Shown: positions 21,916 through 31,161 of the stretch, in pieces | Layout: every line of letters starts with the position of its first letter | Position numbering within the stretch: the stretch's first letter is position 1 | Assembly (NCBI GenBank): GCA_964637385.1 | Contig: CAZWTM010000002.1 | Location: 30,150 to 94,149 of the forward strand | From: an uncultured Peptococcaceae bacterium | GTDB lineage: Bacteria > Bacillota > Peptococcia > DRI-13 | DNA: 64,000 bases | Direction of reading: 5' to 3' | Made by a program: the position numbers and the translations under genes | The notes under the pieces: model-generated | Databases searched by the model: none | Told to the model about the DNA's origin: nothing | What the model saw: the letters and a program-made list of their open reading frames with translations, nothing else

Positions 21916-23626
21916 TAAATTATTTGCACCAACCCTGCGGGAAGTGCCTGCGGAGGCTGAGGTTATCAGCCATCAACTGTTAGTTAGGGCAGGTTTTATC
22001 CGTAAATCATCATCGGGTGTTTATACATATTTACCCTTGGCCCAGAAAGTGTTAACCAAGATCATGAACATCGTGCGTGAGGAAATGAACAAGGCTGACG
22101 GCCAGGAAATAATGCTGCCCATCATCCAGCCTGCAGAATTATGGTTGGAATCAGGGCGCTGGTATGTTTACGGAAAAGAGCTTTTTCGTTTGAAAGATCG
22201 TCATGACCGCGACTTTTGCCTCGGACCCACGCATGAAGAAATCATCACCGACCTGGTGCGCGGTGAAGTATATTCCTATCGCCAGCTCCCTTTACTCCTC
22301 TATCAGATCCAGAATAAATACCGTGATGAGCGTCGTCCCCGTTTTGGTTTAATGCGGGGTAGAGAATTTATTATGAAAGACCTGTATTCTTTTGATAAAG
22401 ATGAAGCAGGCCTGGATGTAAGCTATAAGAAAATGTATGATGCCTATACTGCTGTGTTTTCTCGCTGCGGTTTAAACTTTAGACCCGTGGAGGCTGACTC
22501 TGGAGCTATCGGCGGCAGCACAACCCATGAGTTTATGGTTATTGCCGAATCCGGTGAAGCACAAATCGTATACTGTCCGGAATGCAGTTATGCAGCCAAC
22601 GTAGAGATTGCTCCCTGCAAACCATCTGAAAATTCCCAGGATATACAAAAAGACAGGGAAAAAGTTGCTACTCCCGGGCAAACAACCATTGAACAAGTTA
22701 CCAGTTATTTGCAAATAGCACCCCATAAAGTAATAAAAACATTATTTTTCCGTACGGATAATGAAATCATCTGTGTACTAGTTAGAGGGGACAGAACTAT
22801 AAATGAAATAAAAGTGCAGCGCTTACATCCTTCTCTGACTATGGAAATGGCAACACCTGAGGAGATTAGGGAAGTAACGGGCTGCGAACCCGGTTACGTT
22901 GGTCCCATTGGTCTAAGAGGAAATGTTAAAATCTATGCTGATGAAGAAATAAGAACTATGGTGAATGCCGTATGCGGGGCTAACGAACCAGATTATCACT
23001 ATATCAATGTTGTTCCAGGCAGAGACTTTACGGTAGCGGCTTTCGCAGATCTTCGGCTGATTGAGGAAGGAGAACTCTGTCCCCAGTGTAATGCTGTTTT
23101 AAAGAGTGCCAGGGGGATAGAAGTTGGCCAGGTATTCAAACTTGGAACTAAATACTCTAAAGCCCTTAATGCTAAATTCCTTGATGAAACCGGCCAGGAA
23201 AAACTAATGGTGATGGGGTGTTACGGCATCGGCATCAGCAGGACGATGGCGGCTGCTGTAGAACAAAACTACGATGCTGATGGTATTATCTGGCCTATGG
23301 CCATTGCTCCTTTCCAGGCTGTGGTTGTACCAGTCTCTGTAAAGGACGAGGAAATCTGGCGGGTATCTCTGGAAATTTACGAAGGTTTATTACATCAGGG
23401 AATAGAAGTAGTTATTGATGATAGGGATGAAAGACCGGGAGTTAAGTTCAAGGATGCAGATCTGATCGGTTATCCTATTAGGATTACTATAGGCAAAAAG
23501 GCTGTAAACGAAGGTGTCGTTGAAGTTAAGCTCCGTCGCGAGAAAGAAGTAAATTTTGTCAATAAAGATGATATAATAACTTATATAAAAGAACTCATTA
23601 TAAAGGCTGGAGTATCTCTGCCGTGA
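21902..23626 (+). CDS. proS: Prolyl-tRNA synthetase (bacterial type with editing insertion)
   Basis: Class II motifs (FRDE-like [26 protein letters not shown]), 574 aa. It overlaps the ispG end, so there is no room for a T-box leader. Confidence 0.95.
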   Translation: MMYFSKLFAPTLREVPAEAEVISHQLLVRAGFIRKSSSGVYTYLPLAQKVLTKIMNIVREEMNKADGQEIMLPIIQPAELWLESGRWYVYGKELFRLKDRHDRDFCLGPTHEEIITDLVRGEVYSYRQLPLLLYQIQNKYRDERRPRFGLMRGREFIMKDLYSFDKDEAGLDVSYKKMYDAYTAVFSRCGLNFRPVEADSGAIGGSTTHEFMVIAESGEAQIVYCPECSYAANVEIAPCKPSENSQDIQKDREKVATPGQTTIEQVTSYLQIAPHKVIKTLFFRTDNEIICVLVRGDRTINEIKVQRLHPSLTMEMATPEEIREVTGCEPGYVGPIGLRGNVKIYADEEIRTMVNAVCGANEPDYHYINVVPGRDFTVAAFADLRLIEEGELCPQCNAVLKSARGIEVGQVFKLGTKYSKALNAKFLDETGQEKLMVMGCYGIGISRTMAAAVEQNYDADGIIWPMAIAPFQAVVVPVSVKDEEIWRVSLEIYEGLLHQGIEVVIDDRDERPGVKFKDADLIGYPIRITIGKKAVNEGVVEVKLRREKEVNFVNKDDIITYIKELIIKAGVSLP

Positions 23627-23629
23627 TAT

Positions 23630-23737
23630 GAGAAGTCAGAAGTCAGAAGTGAGAAGTGTGAAGTTGGATAATGGAGCGAATTGACTCCGTAAACTCTAAG
23701 GTAAATCCCACTTCATACCTCTCATCTCTCACCTCTC
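23630..23737 (+). repeat. Heptad-repeat long imperfect inverted repeat (5 x NNGAAGT arm, 45-nt spacer, pyrimidine-rich complementary arm)
   Basis: GAGAAGT CAGAAGT CAGAAGT GAGAAGT GTGAAGT occupies 23630-23664. ACTTCAT ACCTCTC ATCTCTC ACCTCTC occupies 23710-23737. Hand pairing gives 22 Watson-Crick pairs, 2 G-U pairs and 5 mismatches over 29 positions. Confidence 0.85.
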
Positions 23738-23753
23738 AACAAGGAGGTAAATC

Positions 23754-24386
23754 ATGAGTGTAACCGTGGTTATCCCTGCTTTTAACGAAGAAAATTATCT
23801 TGGCGGTGTACTGGAACCAATAAAAGCAATACCTGAGGTCAGCCAGATCATCGTGGTCAGTGATGGATCCACGGATGGTACCGTACAAGTGGCAAGAAAT
23901 TGGGGTGTAGAGGTTATCGACCTGCCGGAAAATATAGGCAAAGGTGGCGCTATGTCTATTGGGGTAAAGGAGGCGAGGGAAGACATTATCCTCTTTTTGG
24001 ACGCTGATCTTATTGGGTTAAAAGGGCAGCACGTCCAGAGTCTCATTTACCCTGTGATTAATGATGAGGCGGATATGACTGTGGGTATATTCGAAAAAGG
24101 CAGGCTGGCTACTGATGTAGCCCAGCTTATTGCGCCTTTTTTATCGGGGCAGCGGTGTATGAGGAAACACTGGATAGAAAGGATTGCTAATTTAGAATTT
24201 ATGCGTTTTGGTGTAGAAACTGCTATTACGCAATTTGCATACAATAATAATCTGCGTATCAAGGAAGTGGAGTTACCTGCCATGTCCCATGTTATGAAGG
24301 AAGAAAAGCTGGGGTTTGTCAAAGGTTTTGCTTACCGGCTCAAAATGTACTGGGAAATTGCCAAAAATGTTCGTTTGGGAGGATAA
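23754..24386 (+). CDS. Family 2 glycosyltransferase (small, soluble type)
   Basis: N-terminal VVIPAFNEE, SDGSTDGT, and DxD motif (FLDADL). 210 aa with a strong AAGGAGG RBS. Confidence 0.8.
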   Translation: MSVTVVIPAFNEENYLGGVLEPIKAIPEVSQIIVVSDGSTDGTVQVARNWGVEVIDLPENIGKGGAMSIGVKEAREDIILFLDADLIGLKGQHVQSLIYPVINDEADMTVGIFEKGRLATDVAQLIAPFLSGQRCMRKHWIERIANLEFMRFGVETAITQFAYNNNLRIKEVELPAMSHVMKEEKLGFVKGFAYRLKMYWEIAKNVRLGG

Positions 24387-24391
24387 ACGTC

Positions 24392-25054
24392 ATGGGTTAT
24401 GAGTTAACTATTACCCTACGGCTCATCATGGCGGCAGTTTTGGGAGGGTTAATCGGGCTGGAGCGGGAAAGCCTCAACAAAGCTGCCGGGTTTAGAACTC
24501 ATACCCTTGTGTGTGTAGGTTCCTGCCTGATTATGCTTATTTCCATAGAAATGTATACACGGATTGGACAGCAGCAAATTGCTGATCCTGCCCGCCTGGC
24601 AGCCCAGGTTGTCAGTGGTATAGGCTTCCTGGGAGCCGGTACAATTATGCGCTCAGGCCTGGGTGTAAAAGGACTGACCACCGCCGCCACTCTTTGGGTA
24701 GTGGCCGGAATAGGCCTGGCTGTGGGAGCAGGAAGTTATTTGTCCGCCGTTGTTACGACAGGTATCGTATTTTTAGTACTTGTCTACCTGACACGTATTG
24801 AAGCTATAATTAAAACCAATAAAAAACAGAGAATTTTAAGTCTCGTGATTGAAGATAAACCGGGACAAATTGGCCTTGTTTGTTCAGCTTTGGGTGACAT
24901 GGAAGTGGATATTCGGAATATAGAATTAAGTGAATCGCAAAAAGACCAAAGGGTGAAGGTAGCTTTAACTGTTATTCTCCCTTATAACCTGCAAGAAACC
25001 GAAATGATCGATACCGTCAGACGCTTGCCGGGTGTTTATAGTGTCAGTTTTTAA
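24392..25054 (+). CDS. MgtC/SapB family membrane protein with an ACT-like C-terminal domain
   Basis: GGLIGLERE, AGFRTHTLVCVGS and GIGFLGAGTI motifs typical of MgtC, with a soluble C-terminal region of about 80 aa. Confidence 0.8.
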   Translation: MGYELTITLRLIMAAVLGGLIGLERESLNKAAGFRTHTLVCVGSCLIMLISIEMYTRIGQQQIADPARLAAQVVSGIGFLGAGTIMRSGLGVKGLTTAATLWVVAGIGLAVGAGSYLSAVVTTGIVFLVLVYLTRIEAIIKTNKKQRILSLVIEDKPGQIGLVCSALGDMEVDIRNIELSESQKDQRVKVALTVILPYNLQETEMIDTVRRLPGVYSVSF

Positions 25055-25082
25055 CCAGCAATAAATTCACGGAGGATTCACG

Positions 25083-28000
25083 ATGGCAAGAGTGCAGGAA
25101 AAGCTTAAACCTCAATGGAACATTTTTGTTGAGTCATTGGATCTCTCCCCGGCCCTAAAACAATATTTCTTACAATGCTGCATAAAGAAAATTATTGTTT
25201 CCCAGGCTGAAAACGCTTGGGAAATCTATTTTGGTTGTCCCATACAGCCGGAAGCTGAAGAGATTAAGGACTTTTCCAGGGCCTGGCAAAAATATTTTCA
25301 ATTGCCTCAGCCACCCAAAATGTATTTCCAGTTAAATCACTCCTATCCCGACCTGGAAACCCTTTGTAGCCAAAGCTGGCATGAAATTGTAGATAAATTA
25401 ACCAGTAGAATCCCCAGTTGTCGAGGCTGGCTAGCGGATGCCGCTTATGGAATTTCCGGAAGACTGCTGCGCATCAGAATCAACCAGGAAATTGGCTGGT
25501 CGTATCTCAATAACCGGCGTATTAAAAAAGAAATTGAGCAAATATTAGAAAATGAATATAATATCCAAGCAGATGTGGAACTGGTACTAGAGGAAAACGG
25601 TGATGCCAATAGCGAGGATTGTTTATGGGAAATCGAAAAACTCTACCAGGAAAAATTTAGGGAAAGGGTGATTCGGCAAGAAACCACTAAACCCAAAAAA
25701 GAACAACAGGAAGGAAATAACATTATTTTCGGTAAAAAGATTAGCGGTGATCCGGTACCTTTAAAAGATATCCTGGAGGAAGAAAAAAATGTCATCGTCC
25801 AGGGTTATGTATTCGGTCTGGAAATCAAAGAACTAAAAACAGGCCGTCTTTTAATAAGCTTTAATATCAGTGACAAAACAGATTCCCTTTCCTGTAAAAT
25901 TATTGCCGACCCTAACGAAGCAAAGGATGTTCGTGAAAAACTGGAGGAGAATAAATGGTATTTGCTGCGAGGAACAGTGCAATTTGATCGTTTTACCCAG
26001 GAATTGACCTTAATGCCGCGAGACATTATGGAAATCACGCCTAATCTAAGAATGGACACCTATCCGGAGAAAAGGGTGGAACTCCACCTGCACACCAGGA
26101 TGAGCACTTTAGACGGTGTGGCAGGCATTAAAGAGATTATTAACAGAGCACTGGCCTGGGGCCATCCGGCCCTCGCTATTACAGACCATGGCAATGTCCA
26201 GGCCTTTCCCGAAGCTTATGAGGTTGCCCAGGGAAAAAGTATCCGGATCATCTTTGGTGTAGAAGGATATCTCTTTGATGATTTAAACGAAGAATTGGCC
26301 GAAAGAGGTCCTATCTATCACTGTGTTATTCTGACTTTAAATCAAGAAGGACTGCGTAATTTATATGAACTGGTCACCATCTCTCATCTGGATTTTTTTC
26401 ATCGTGTCCCCCGCATACCTAAAAGCAAACTCCAGGCCTTGAGAGAGGGTTTGCTCATCGGTTCTGCTTGTGAAGCAGGGGAATTGATCCAGAAATATCT
26501 TAAAGGGGCTTCCGCGGAGGAACTCGCAAGAGTAGCAGAATTTTATGACTATCTGGAAATACAACCACGAGGCAACAATAGATTCCTGGTGGAAAACGGT
26601 ACTTTTCATTCGGAAGATGATTTAATAAAAATGAATATGTTTATTTATCAGCTGGGAAAAACATTGAATAAACCTGTTGTAGCCACCGGGGATGTCCATT
26701 TCCTTGACCCGGAGGACGAGGTGTACAGGCGAATCCTCATGGCTGGTAAAGGTTTTGAAGACGCTGATAACCAGGCGCCCCTTTATTTAAAGACTACGGA
26801 AGAAATGCTTCAGGAATTCTCTTATCTCGGCGAAGAGGGAGCAAAAGAAGTAGTCATCGATAATCCGCAAAAAATAGCAGCCCTGGTGGAAGAAATCAAA
26901 CCTATTCCCGATGAGTTTTATCCCCCTGAGATCGAAGGGGCCGAAGAAGAGATTAACCGTTTGACCATGACCAAGGCCTATGAACTTTACGGCAATCCCC
27001 TACCCGAAACGGTAAAAAAACGAGTGGAAAAAGAATTGAATTCCATCATCGGCAACGGGTTTGCAGTTCTTTATTTAATCGCCCATAAACTGGTTAAGAA
27101 GTCTAATGAGGATGGCTATCTGGTGGGTTCCCGGGGCTCTGTAGGCTCATCTCTGGTCGCCACTTTTTGCGGCATCACAGAGGTAAATCCTTTACCTCCC
27201 CATTATCGCTGCGGTAAGTGTCAGTACAGTGAATTTATCGAGGACGGTTCCGTTGGTTCAGGCGCTGATTTGCCGGACAAACAATGTCCTCGCTGTGGGA
27301 CAAAATTAATTAAAGACGGTCATGATATCCCCTTTGAAGTGTTTTTAGGATTTAAAGGGGATAAAGTACCTGATATTGATTTGAACTTTTCCGGTGAATA
27401 CCAGCCCAGGGCCCATAAATATACGGAAGAACTCTTTGGCAAGGATAATGTTTTCCGGGCAGGGACCATAGCTACCATTGCCAATAAAACAGCTTTTGGT
27501 TTTGTCAAAAATTATTTCCAGGAAAAAAACATTCATGTACGTAACGCCGAAATCGCCCGCCTGGTAGAAGGATGTACAGGTGTAAAAAGAACCACAGGAC
27601 AACACCCAGGCGGTGTTATGGTCTTACCGAAAGGATTGGATATCCACCGGTTTACACCTTTACAGCGACCTGCCGACGATGTCCGTTCCGATACCATCAC
27701 AACTCACTTTGATTATCATTCCATTTCCAGCCGCCTGGTGAAATTGGACATCCTGGGCCACGACGACCCCACGGTCATTAAAATGCTGGAGGACCTAACT
27801 GGAATCGACTGTAAAACTATTCCCCTGGACGAGCCCAAGGTTCTCTCCCTTTTCCAAAGCACGGAAGCCTTAGGGGTAGATCCTAAGGAGTTGGGATCCA
27901 ATGTAGGTACTCTGGGCATACCTGAATTCGGTACCAAGTTTGTCCGGCAAATGCTGGAAGATACTAACCCCCAGACGTTCTCAGACCTTGTACGGATCAG

Positions 28001-28796
28001 TGGTTTTTCCCACGGCACTGATGTATGGTTAAATAACGCCCAGGACCTCATCAAGTCCGGAATCGCGAAAGTGTCAGAAGTTATTTCTGCCCGGGACGAC
28101 ATCATGACTTACCTTATCTATAAAGGCGTAGAGCCCAGTAAAGCCTTTAAAATCATGGAAGATGTACGTAAAGGAAAAGGTGTTAAGCCCGAAGATGTGG
28201 AAGTTATGAAAAGCCAGCAGGTACCGGACTGGTACATTGAATCCTGCCAGAAAATTAAATATATGTTTCCCAAGGCCCATGCCGTGGCTTATGTAATGAT
28301 GGCTTTTCGCATAGCCTTTTTCAAGGTTTATTATCCTGCTGCTTTTTACGCCAGCTTCTTTACCATCCGGGCCGATGAGTTCGATGCTGATATTATTGTG
28401 GGGGGAATCCCCGCCATTAAAAGAGTCATGGAAGAAATTACGAAGAAAGGGAATGAGGCCAGCGGGAAAGAAACTAAGTTATATAACATCTTAGAGTTAG
28501 CACTGGAAATGTATCTCCGGGGCATCACCATTAAAAAAGTGGATTTACGCTCCTCGGACAGCACTCGTTTTCTCATCGTAGACGAAGGCAAAGCCCTTTT
28601 ACCCCCTTTAGTTGCCCTACAGGGGGTGGGTGAAGCGGCGGCTTTAAGTATTGCCAAGGCCAGGGAAGAGAAACCATTTACCTCTAGGGAAGACCTGCGC
28701 ATCAGAGGTAAAGTCAGCAAAACGGTCATCGAAGTTCTTGAGGCCCATGGCAGCCTGGATTATTTACCTGAAAATGACCAGATCTCCCTTTTTTGA
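25083..28796 (+). CDS. polC: DNA polymerase III alpha subunit, PolC type, apparently without the internal exonuclease domain
   Basis: PHP motifs (VELHLHTRMSTLDG, ITDHGNVQAFPE), HRVPRIP, a CxxC...CxxC zinc module (YRCGKCQY...CPRCGTKL), the polymerase core (GQHPGGVMV, DILGHDDPT) and a C-terminal HhH region. It is only 1237 aa; see the findings. Confidence 0.93.
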   Translation: MARVQEKLKPQWNIFVESLDLSPALKQYFLQCCIKKIIVSQAENAWEIYFGCPIQPEAEEIKDFSRAWQKYFQLPQPPKMYFQLNHSYPDLETLCSQSWHEIVDKLTSRIPSCRGWLADAAYGISGRLLRIRINQEIGWSYLNNRRIKKEIEQILENEYNIQADVELVLEENGDANSEDCLWEIEKLYQEKFRERVIRQETTKPKKEQQEGNNIIFGKKISGDPVPLKDILEEEKNVIVQGYVFGLEIKELKTGRLLISFNISDKTDSLSCKIIADPNEAKDVREKLEENKWYLLRGTVQFDRFTQELTLMPRDIMEITPNLRMDTYPEKRVELHLHTRMSTLDGVAGIKEIINRALAWGHPALAITDHGNVQAFPEAYEVAQGKSIRIIFGVEGYLFDDLNEELAERGPIYHCVILTLNQEGLRNLYELVTISHLDFFHRVPRIPKSKLQALREGLLIGSACEAGELIQKYLKGASAEELARVAEFYDYLEIQPRGNNRFLVENGTFHSEDDLIKMNMFIYQLGKTLNKPVVATGDVHFLDPEDEVYRRILMAGKGFEDADNQAPLYLKTTEEMLQEFSYLGEEGAKEVVIDNPQKIAALVEEIKPIPDEFYPPEIEGAEEEINRLTMTKAYELYGNPLPETVKKRVEKELNSIIGNGFAVLYLIAHKLVKKSNEDGYLVGSRGSVGSSLVATFCGITEVNPLPPHYRCGKCQYSEFIEDGSVGSGADLPDKQCPRCGTKLIKDGHDIPFEVFLGFKGDKVPDIDLNFSGEYQPRAHKYTEELFGKDNVFRAGTIATIANKTAFGFVKNYFQEKNIHVRNAEIARLVEGCTGVKRTTGQHPGGVMVLPKGLDIHRFTPLQRPADDVRSDTITTHFDYHSISSRLVKLDILGHDDPTVIKMLEDLTGIDCKTIPLDEPKVLSLFQSTEALGVDPKELGSNVGTLGIPEFGTKFVRQMLEDTNPQTFSDLVRISGFSHGTDVWLNNAQDLIKSGIAKVSEVISARDDIMTYLIYKGVEPSKAFKIMEDVRKGKGVKPEDVEVMKSQQVPDWYIESCQKIKYMFPKAHAVAYVMMAFRIAFFKVYYPAAFYASFFTIRADEFDADIIVGGIPAIKRVMEEITKKGNEASGKETKLYNILELALEMYLRGITIKKVDLRSSDSTRFLIVDEGKALLPPLVALQGVGEAAALSIAKAREEKPFTSREDLRIRGKVSKTVIEVLEAHGSLDYLPENDQISLF

Positions 28797-28803
28797 GTAA
28801 AAA

Positions 28804-28832
28804 CTTGCCAATGTCCTGATAATGTGTTATAC
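28804..28832 (+). promoter_or_regulatory. Candidate sigma-A promoter of the rimP-nusA-infB operon
   Basis: TTGCCA, 17-nt spacer ending in TGT (extended -10 TGn), TATACT. Confidence 0.55.
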
Positions 28833-28873
28833 TTTTCGTAGATTGTGACTTGCGACATTTTATTGTCTGACGG

Positions 28874-28910
28874 CGAAAGAGTGGGTGGCCCCCACTCTTT
28901 CGTGTTATTT
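28874..28910 (+). terminator. Leader stem-loop with an interrupted T-tract upstream of rimP (candidate attenuator)
   Basis: Perfect 12-bp stem CGAAAGAGTGGG / CCCACTCTTTCG with a 5-nt loop, followed by TGTTATTT. Confidence 0.55.
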
Positions 28911-29007
28911 CCTTGTCCAGGAAATTAAATAAAAGGGTATAAAGTTCGGTATATACACTACAAATATTACCCAAAATATGGTGTGGAAACAAAAGGAGGG
29001 AAGTTAT

Positions 29008-29472
29008 ATGCAGGACAAGAAAACGCAAGATGCCGTGTATGAACTGGTTAAACCTGTCATCGAGGCTCAAGGGTTAGAACTGGTGGATGTGGAGTTCGTA
29101 AAAGAAGGGCCCAACTGGTACTTACGGGTTTATATAGATAAAGAAAATGGAGTTGATCTCGACGATTGCCAGGAAATCAGCGGGATTATCTCTGATTTGC
29201 TGGATAAGGCTGATCCCATATCCCAGTCTTATTTTCTCGAGGTTTCCTCTCCAGGTATTGAACGTCCTTTAAAAAGGGAAAAGGATTTTCTTAAGTACAA
29301 AAACCACCTGGTTCATGTAAGTACTTTCGTACCCATCGAAGGAAAAAAAATATTACAGGGCAAACTGGGTAATGTCACTTCAGAAAACTTAGGCCTAATT
29401 TTGCCCAATGATCAAGAAATACAAATCCCACGCGATAAAATATCCCAGGTACGTCTTGCCTGGGAAGATTAA
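29008..29472 (+). CDS. rimP: Ribosome maturation factor RimP
   Basis: LELVDVEFVKEGPNWYLRVYID and LEVSSPGIERPL motifs. An AAGGAGGG RBS precedes the ATG at 29008. Confidence 0.9.
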   Translation: MQDKKTQDAVYELVKPVIEAQGLELVDVEFVKEGPNWYLRVYIDKENGVDLDDCQEISGIISDLLDKADPISQSYFLEVSSPGIERPLKREKDFLKYKNHLVHVSTFVPIEGKKILQGKLGNVTSENLGLILPNDQEIQIPRDKISQVRLAWED

Positions 29473-29491
29473 GGAGGGGGAGAAACAAAAC

Positions 29492-30544
29492 ATGAATTTA
29501 GAACTCATCGAAGCCCTGAATGATTTGGAAAAAGAAAGAGGAATTAATACGGATGTTTTAATTGAAGCGATTCAACAGGCCCTTATCTCTGCTTATAAAA
29601 AGAATTTCGGTTCATTACAGAACGTGAGAGTTCATTTTGACCGTGTCAGTGGGGAAATCAAAGTATTTGCCAGGAAAACCATCGTGGAAGAAGTTAAAGA
29701 TCCGCGTTCGGAAATTTCCCTGGCGGAGGCCCGCAGGCTGGATCCCCGCTATGAGCTGGATGATGTGGTAGAAACTGAAGTTACACCTAAGGAATTTGGA
29801 CGTATCGCTGCCCAAACGGCCAAACAGGTGGTGGTACAGCGGATTAGAGAAGCGGAGCGGGATCTTATCTTTGATGAATTTTCCAATCGTGAAGGCGACA
29901 TTGTTACCGGAACAGTACAAAGACTGGAAAACAAAAATGTGTATATTGACTTAGGAAAAACGGAAGCAGTGCTTAGCCAAAATGAACAGATGCCCGGAGA
30001 ACAGTACAATATTGGTGACAGATTGAAAAATTATATCATTGAAGTCAAAAAGACTACGAAGGGTCCGCAAATTATGGTCTCCAGAACTCATCCCGGGCTC
30101 TTGAAGCGTCTCTTTGAACTGGAGGTACCGGAAATTCATGACGGTACTGTGGAAATAAAATCGGTAGCCCGAGAAGCTGGATCACGCTCTAAAATAGCCG
30201 TATATTCAAGAAACGAAAATGTTGATCCTGTGGGTGCCTGTGTAGGTCCTAAAGGACTGCGGGTTCAAGCTATTGTGAATGAATTAAAAGGGGAAAAAAT
30301 CGACATTGTCAAGTGGAATTCCGATGTTACCAAGTTCATCGCTAGTTCCCTTAGCCCCGCTAAAGTATTGACTGTAGATATCAATGCGGAGGAAAAAGTG
30401 GCCCAGGTGGTTGTACCCGATTACCAGCTGTCCCTGGCCATTGGCAAAGAAGGACAGAATGCCAGGCTGGCGGCAAAACTGACTGGCTGGAAAATCGATA
30501 TTAAAAGCGAATCACAAGCACAAATGACAAATCATAGAGAATAA
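29492..30544 (+). CDS. nusA: Transcription termination/antitermination factor NusA
   Basis: [19 protein letters not shown]-terminus, an S1 domain and two KH domains ([34 protein letters not shown]). The ORF-track start at 29408 overlaps rimP. The ATG at 29492 follows an AAGGAGGGGG RBS. Confidence 0.95.
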   Translation: MNLELIEALNDLEKERGINTDVLIEAIQQALISAYKKNFGSLQNVRVHFDRVSGEIKVFARKTIVEEVKDPRSEISLAEARRLDPRYELDDVVETEVTPKEFGRIAAQTAKQVVVQRIREAERDLIFDEFSNREGDIVTGTVQRLENKNVYIDLGKTEAVLSQNEQMPGEQYNIGDRLKNYIIEVKKTTKGPQIMVSRTHPGLLKRLFELEVPEIHDGTVEIKSVAREAGSRSKIAVYSRNENVDPVGACVGPKGLRVQAIVNELKGEKIDIVKWNSDVTKFIASSLSPAKVLTVDINAEEKVAQVVVPDYQLSLAIGKEGQNARLAAKLTGWKIDIKSESQAQMTNHRE

Positions 30545-30554
30545 GGTGAAGTAT

Positions 30555-30830
30555 ATGCGGACGAAAAAAGTTCCCTTAAGAATGTGTGTGGGTTGTCAGG
30601 AGATGAAACCCAAAAAAGAACTTATTCGCATAGTCAGAACACCTGAATCTGAGATCCTATTAGATTCCACGGGAAAAAAATCAGGACGGGGTGCCTATAT
30701 CTGTCCTAAAAAAGAGTGTCTAGAAAAAGCCCTGAAGGGCAAAAGACTGGAAAAAAATCTTGAACAGCAGATCTCCGAAGATATCATCAATCGCCTCAAA
30801 GTAGGATTGGGGTATGACGATACCCAGTAA
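30555..30830 (+). CDS. ylxR: YlxR/DUF448 family RNA-binding protein
   Basis: PLRMCVGCQEMKPKKELIRIV and GRGAYIC motifs. Conserved position after nusA. Confidence 0.88.
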   Translation: MRTKKVPLRMCVGCQEMKPKKELIRIVRTPESEILLDSTGKKSGRGAYICPKKECLEKALKGKRLEKNLEQQISEDIINRLKVGLGYDDTQ

Positions 30831-31131
30831 CATTAAAACACTTCTTGGGTTCGCACAAAAAGCACGGAAGCTGGTAGCAGGAGAATCTGCTGTGGAAGCC
30901 ATGCTTAAACGGGGCATAGTAAGACTGGTAATTTTGGCTGAGGATTTGCCGGAAAAGCGAAAAAGCTATTGGCTACGCTGGTGTAATGATCTCAATGTGG
31001 ACCACCCATTAATCCTCGGTACAAAAGAAGAGTTAGGAAAGGCCTTGGGACTTTCACCAAGGAGTATCATTGCCATTACCGATACCCAGATGGCTCAGGC
31101 CATCAAACTGAAAATGAAACAAATGACTTGA
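30814..31131 (+). CDS. ylxQ: L7Ae/YlxQ family RNA-binding protein
   Basis: 105 aa with an L7Ae-like pattern (LGFAQKARKLVAGE..., VRLVILAEDL). Conserved position before infB. Confidence 0.8.
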   Translation: MTIPSNIKTLLGFAQKARKLVAGESAVEAMLKRGIVRLVILAEDLPEKRKSYWLRWCNDLNVDHPLILGTKEELGKALGLSPRSIIAITDTQMAQAIKLKMKQMT

Positions 31132-31161
31132 ATTTTCCCGATTTTTATGGGGGGTGATTAG

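Noticed and set aside
23630-23664. Whether the heptad tracts (23630, 37749, 54455) could be a degenerate CRISPR array or a minisatellite.
   Set aside because: The units are only 7 nt, with no spacers, 4-5 copies each, different unit sequences at each site and no cas genes. They are kept as separate low-to-moderate findings rather than called CRISPR or VNTR.
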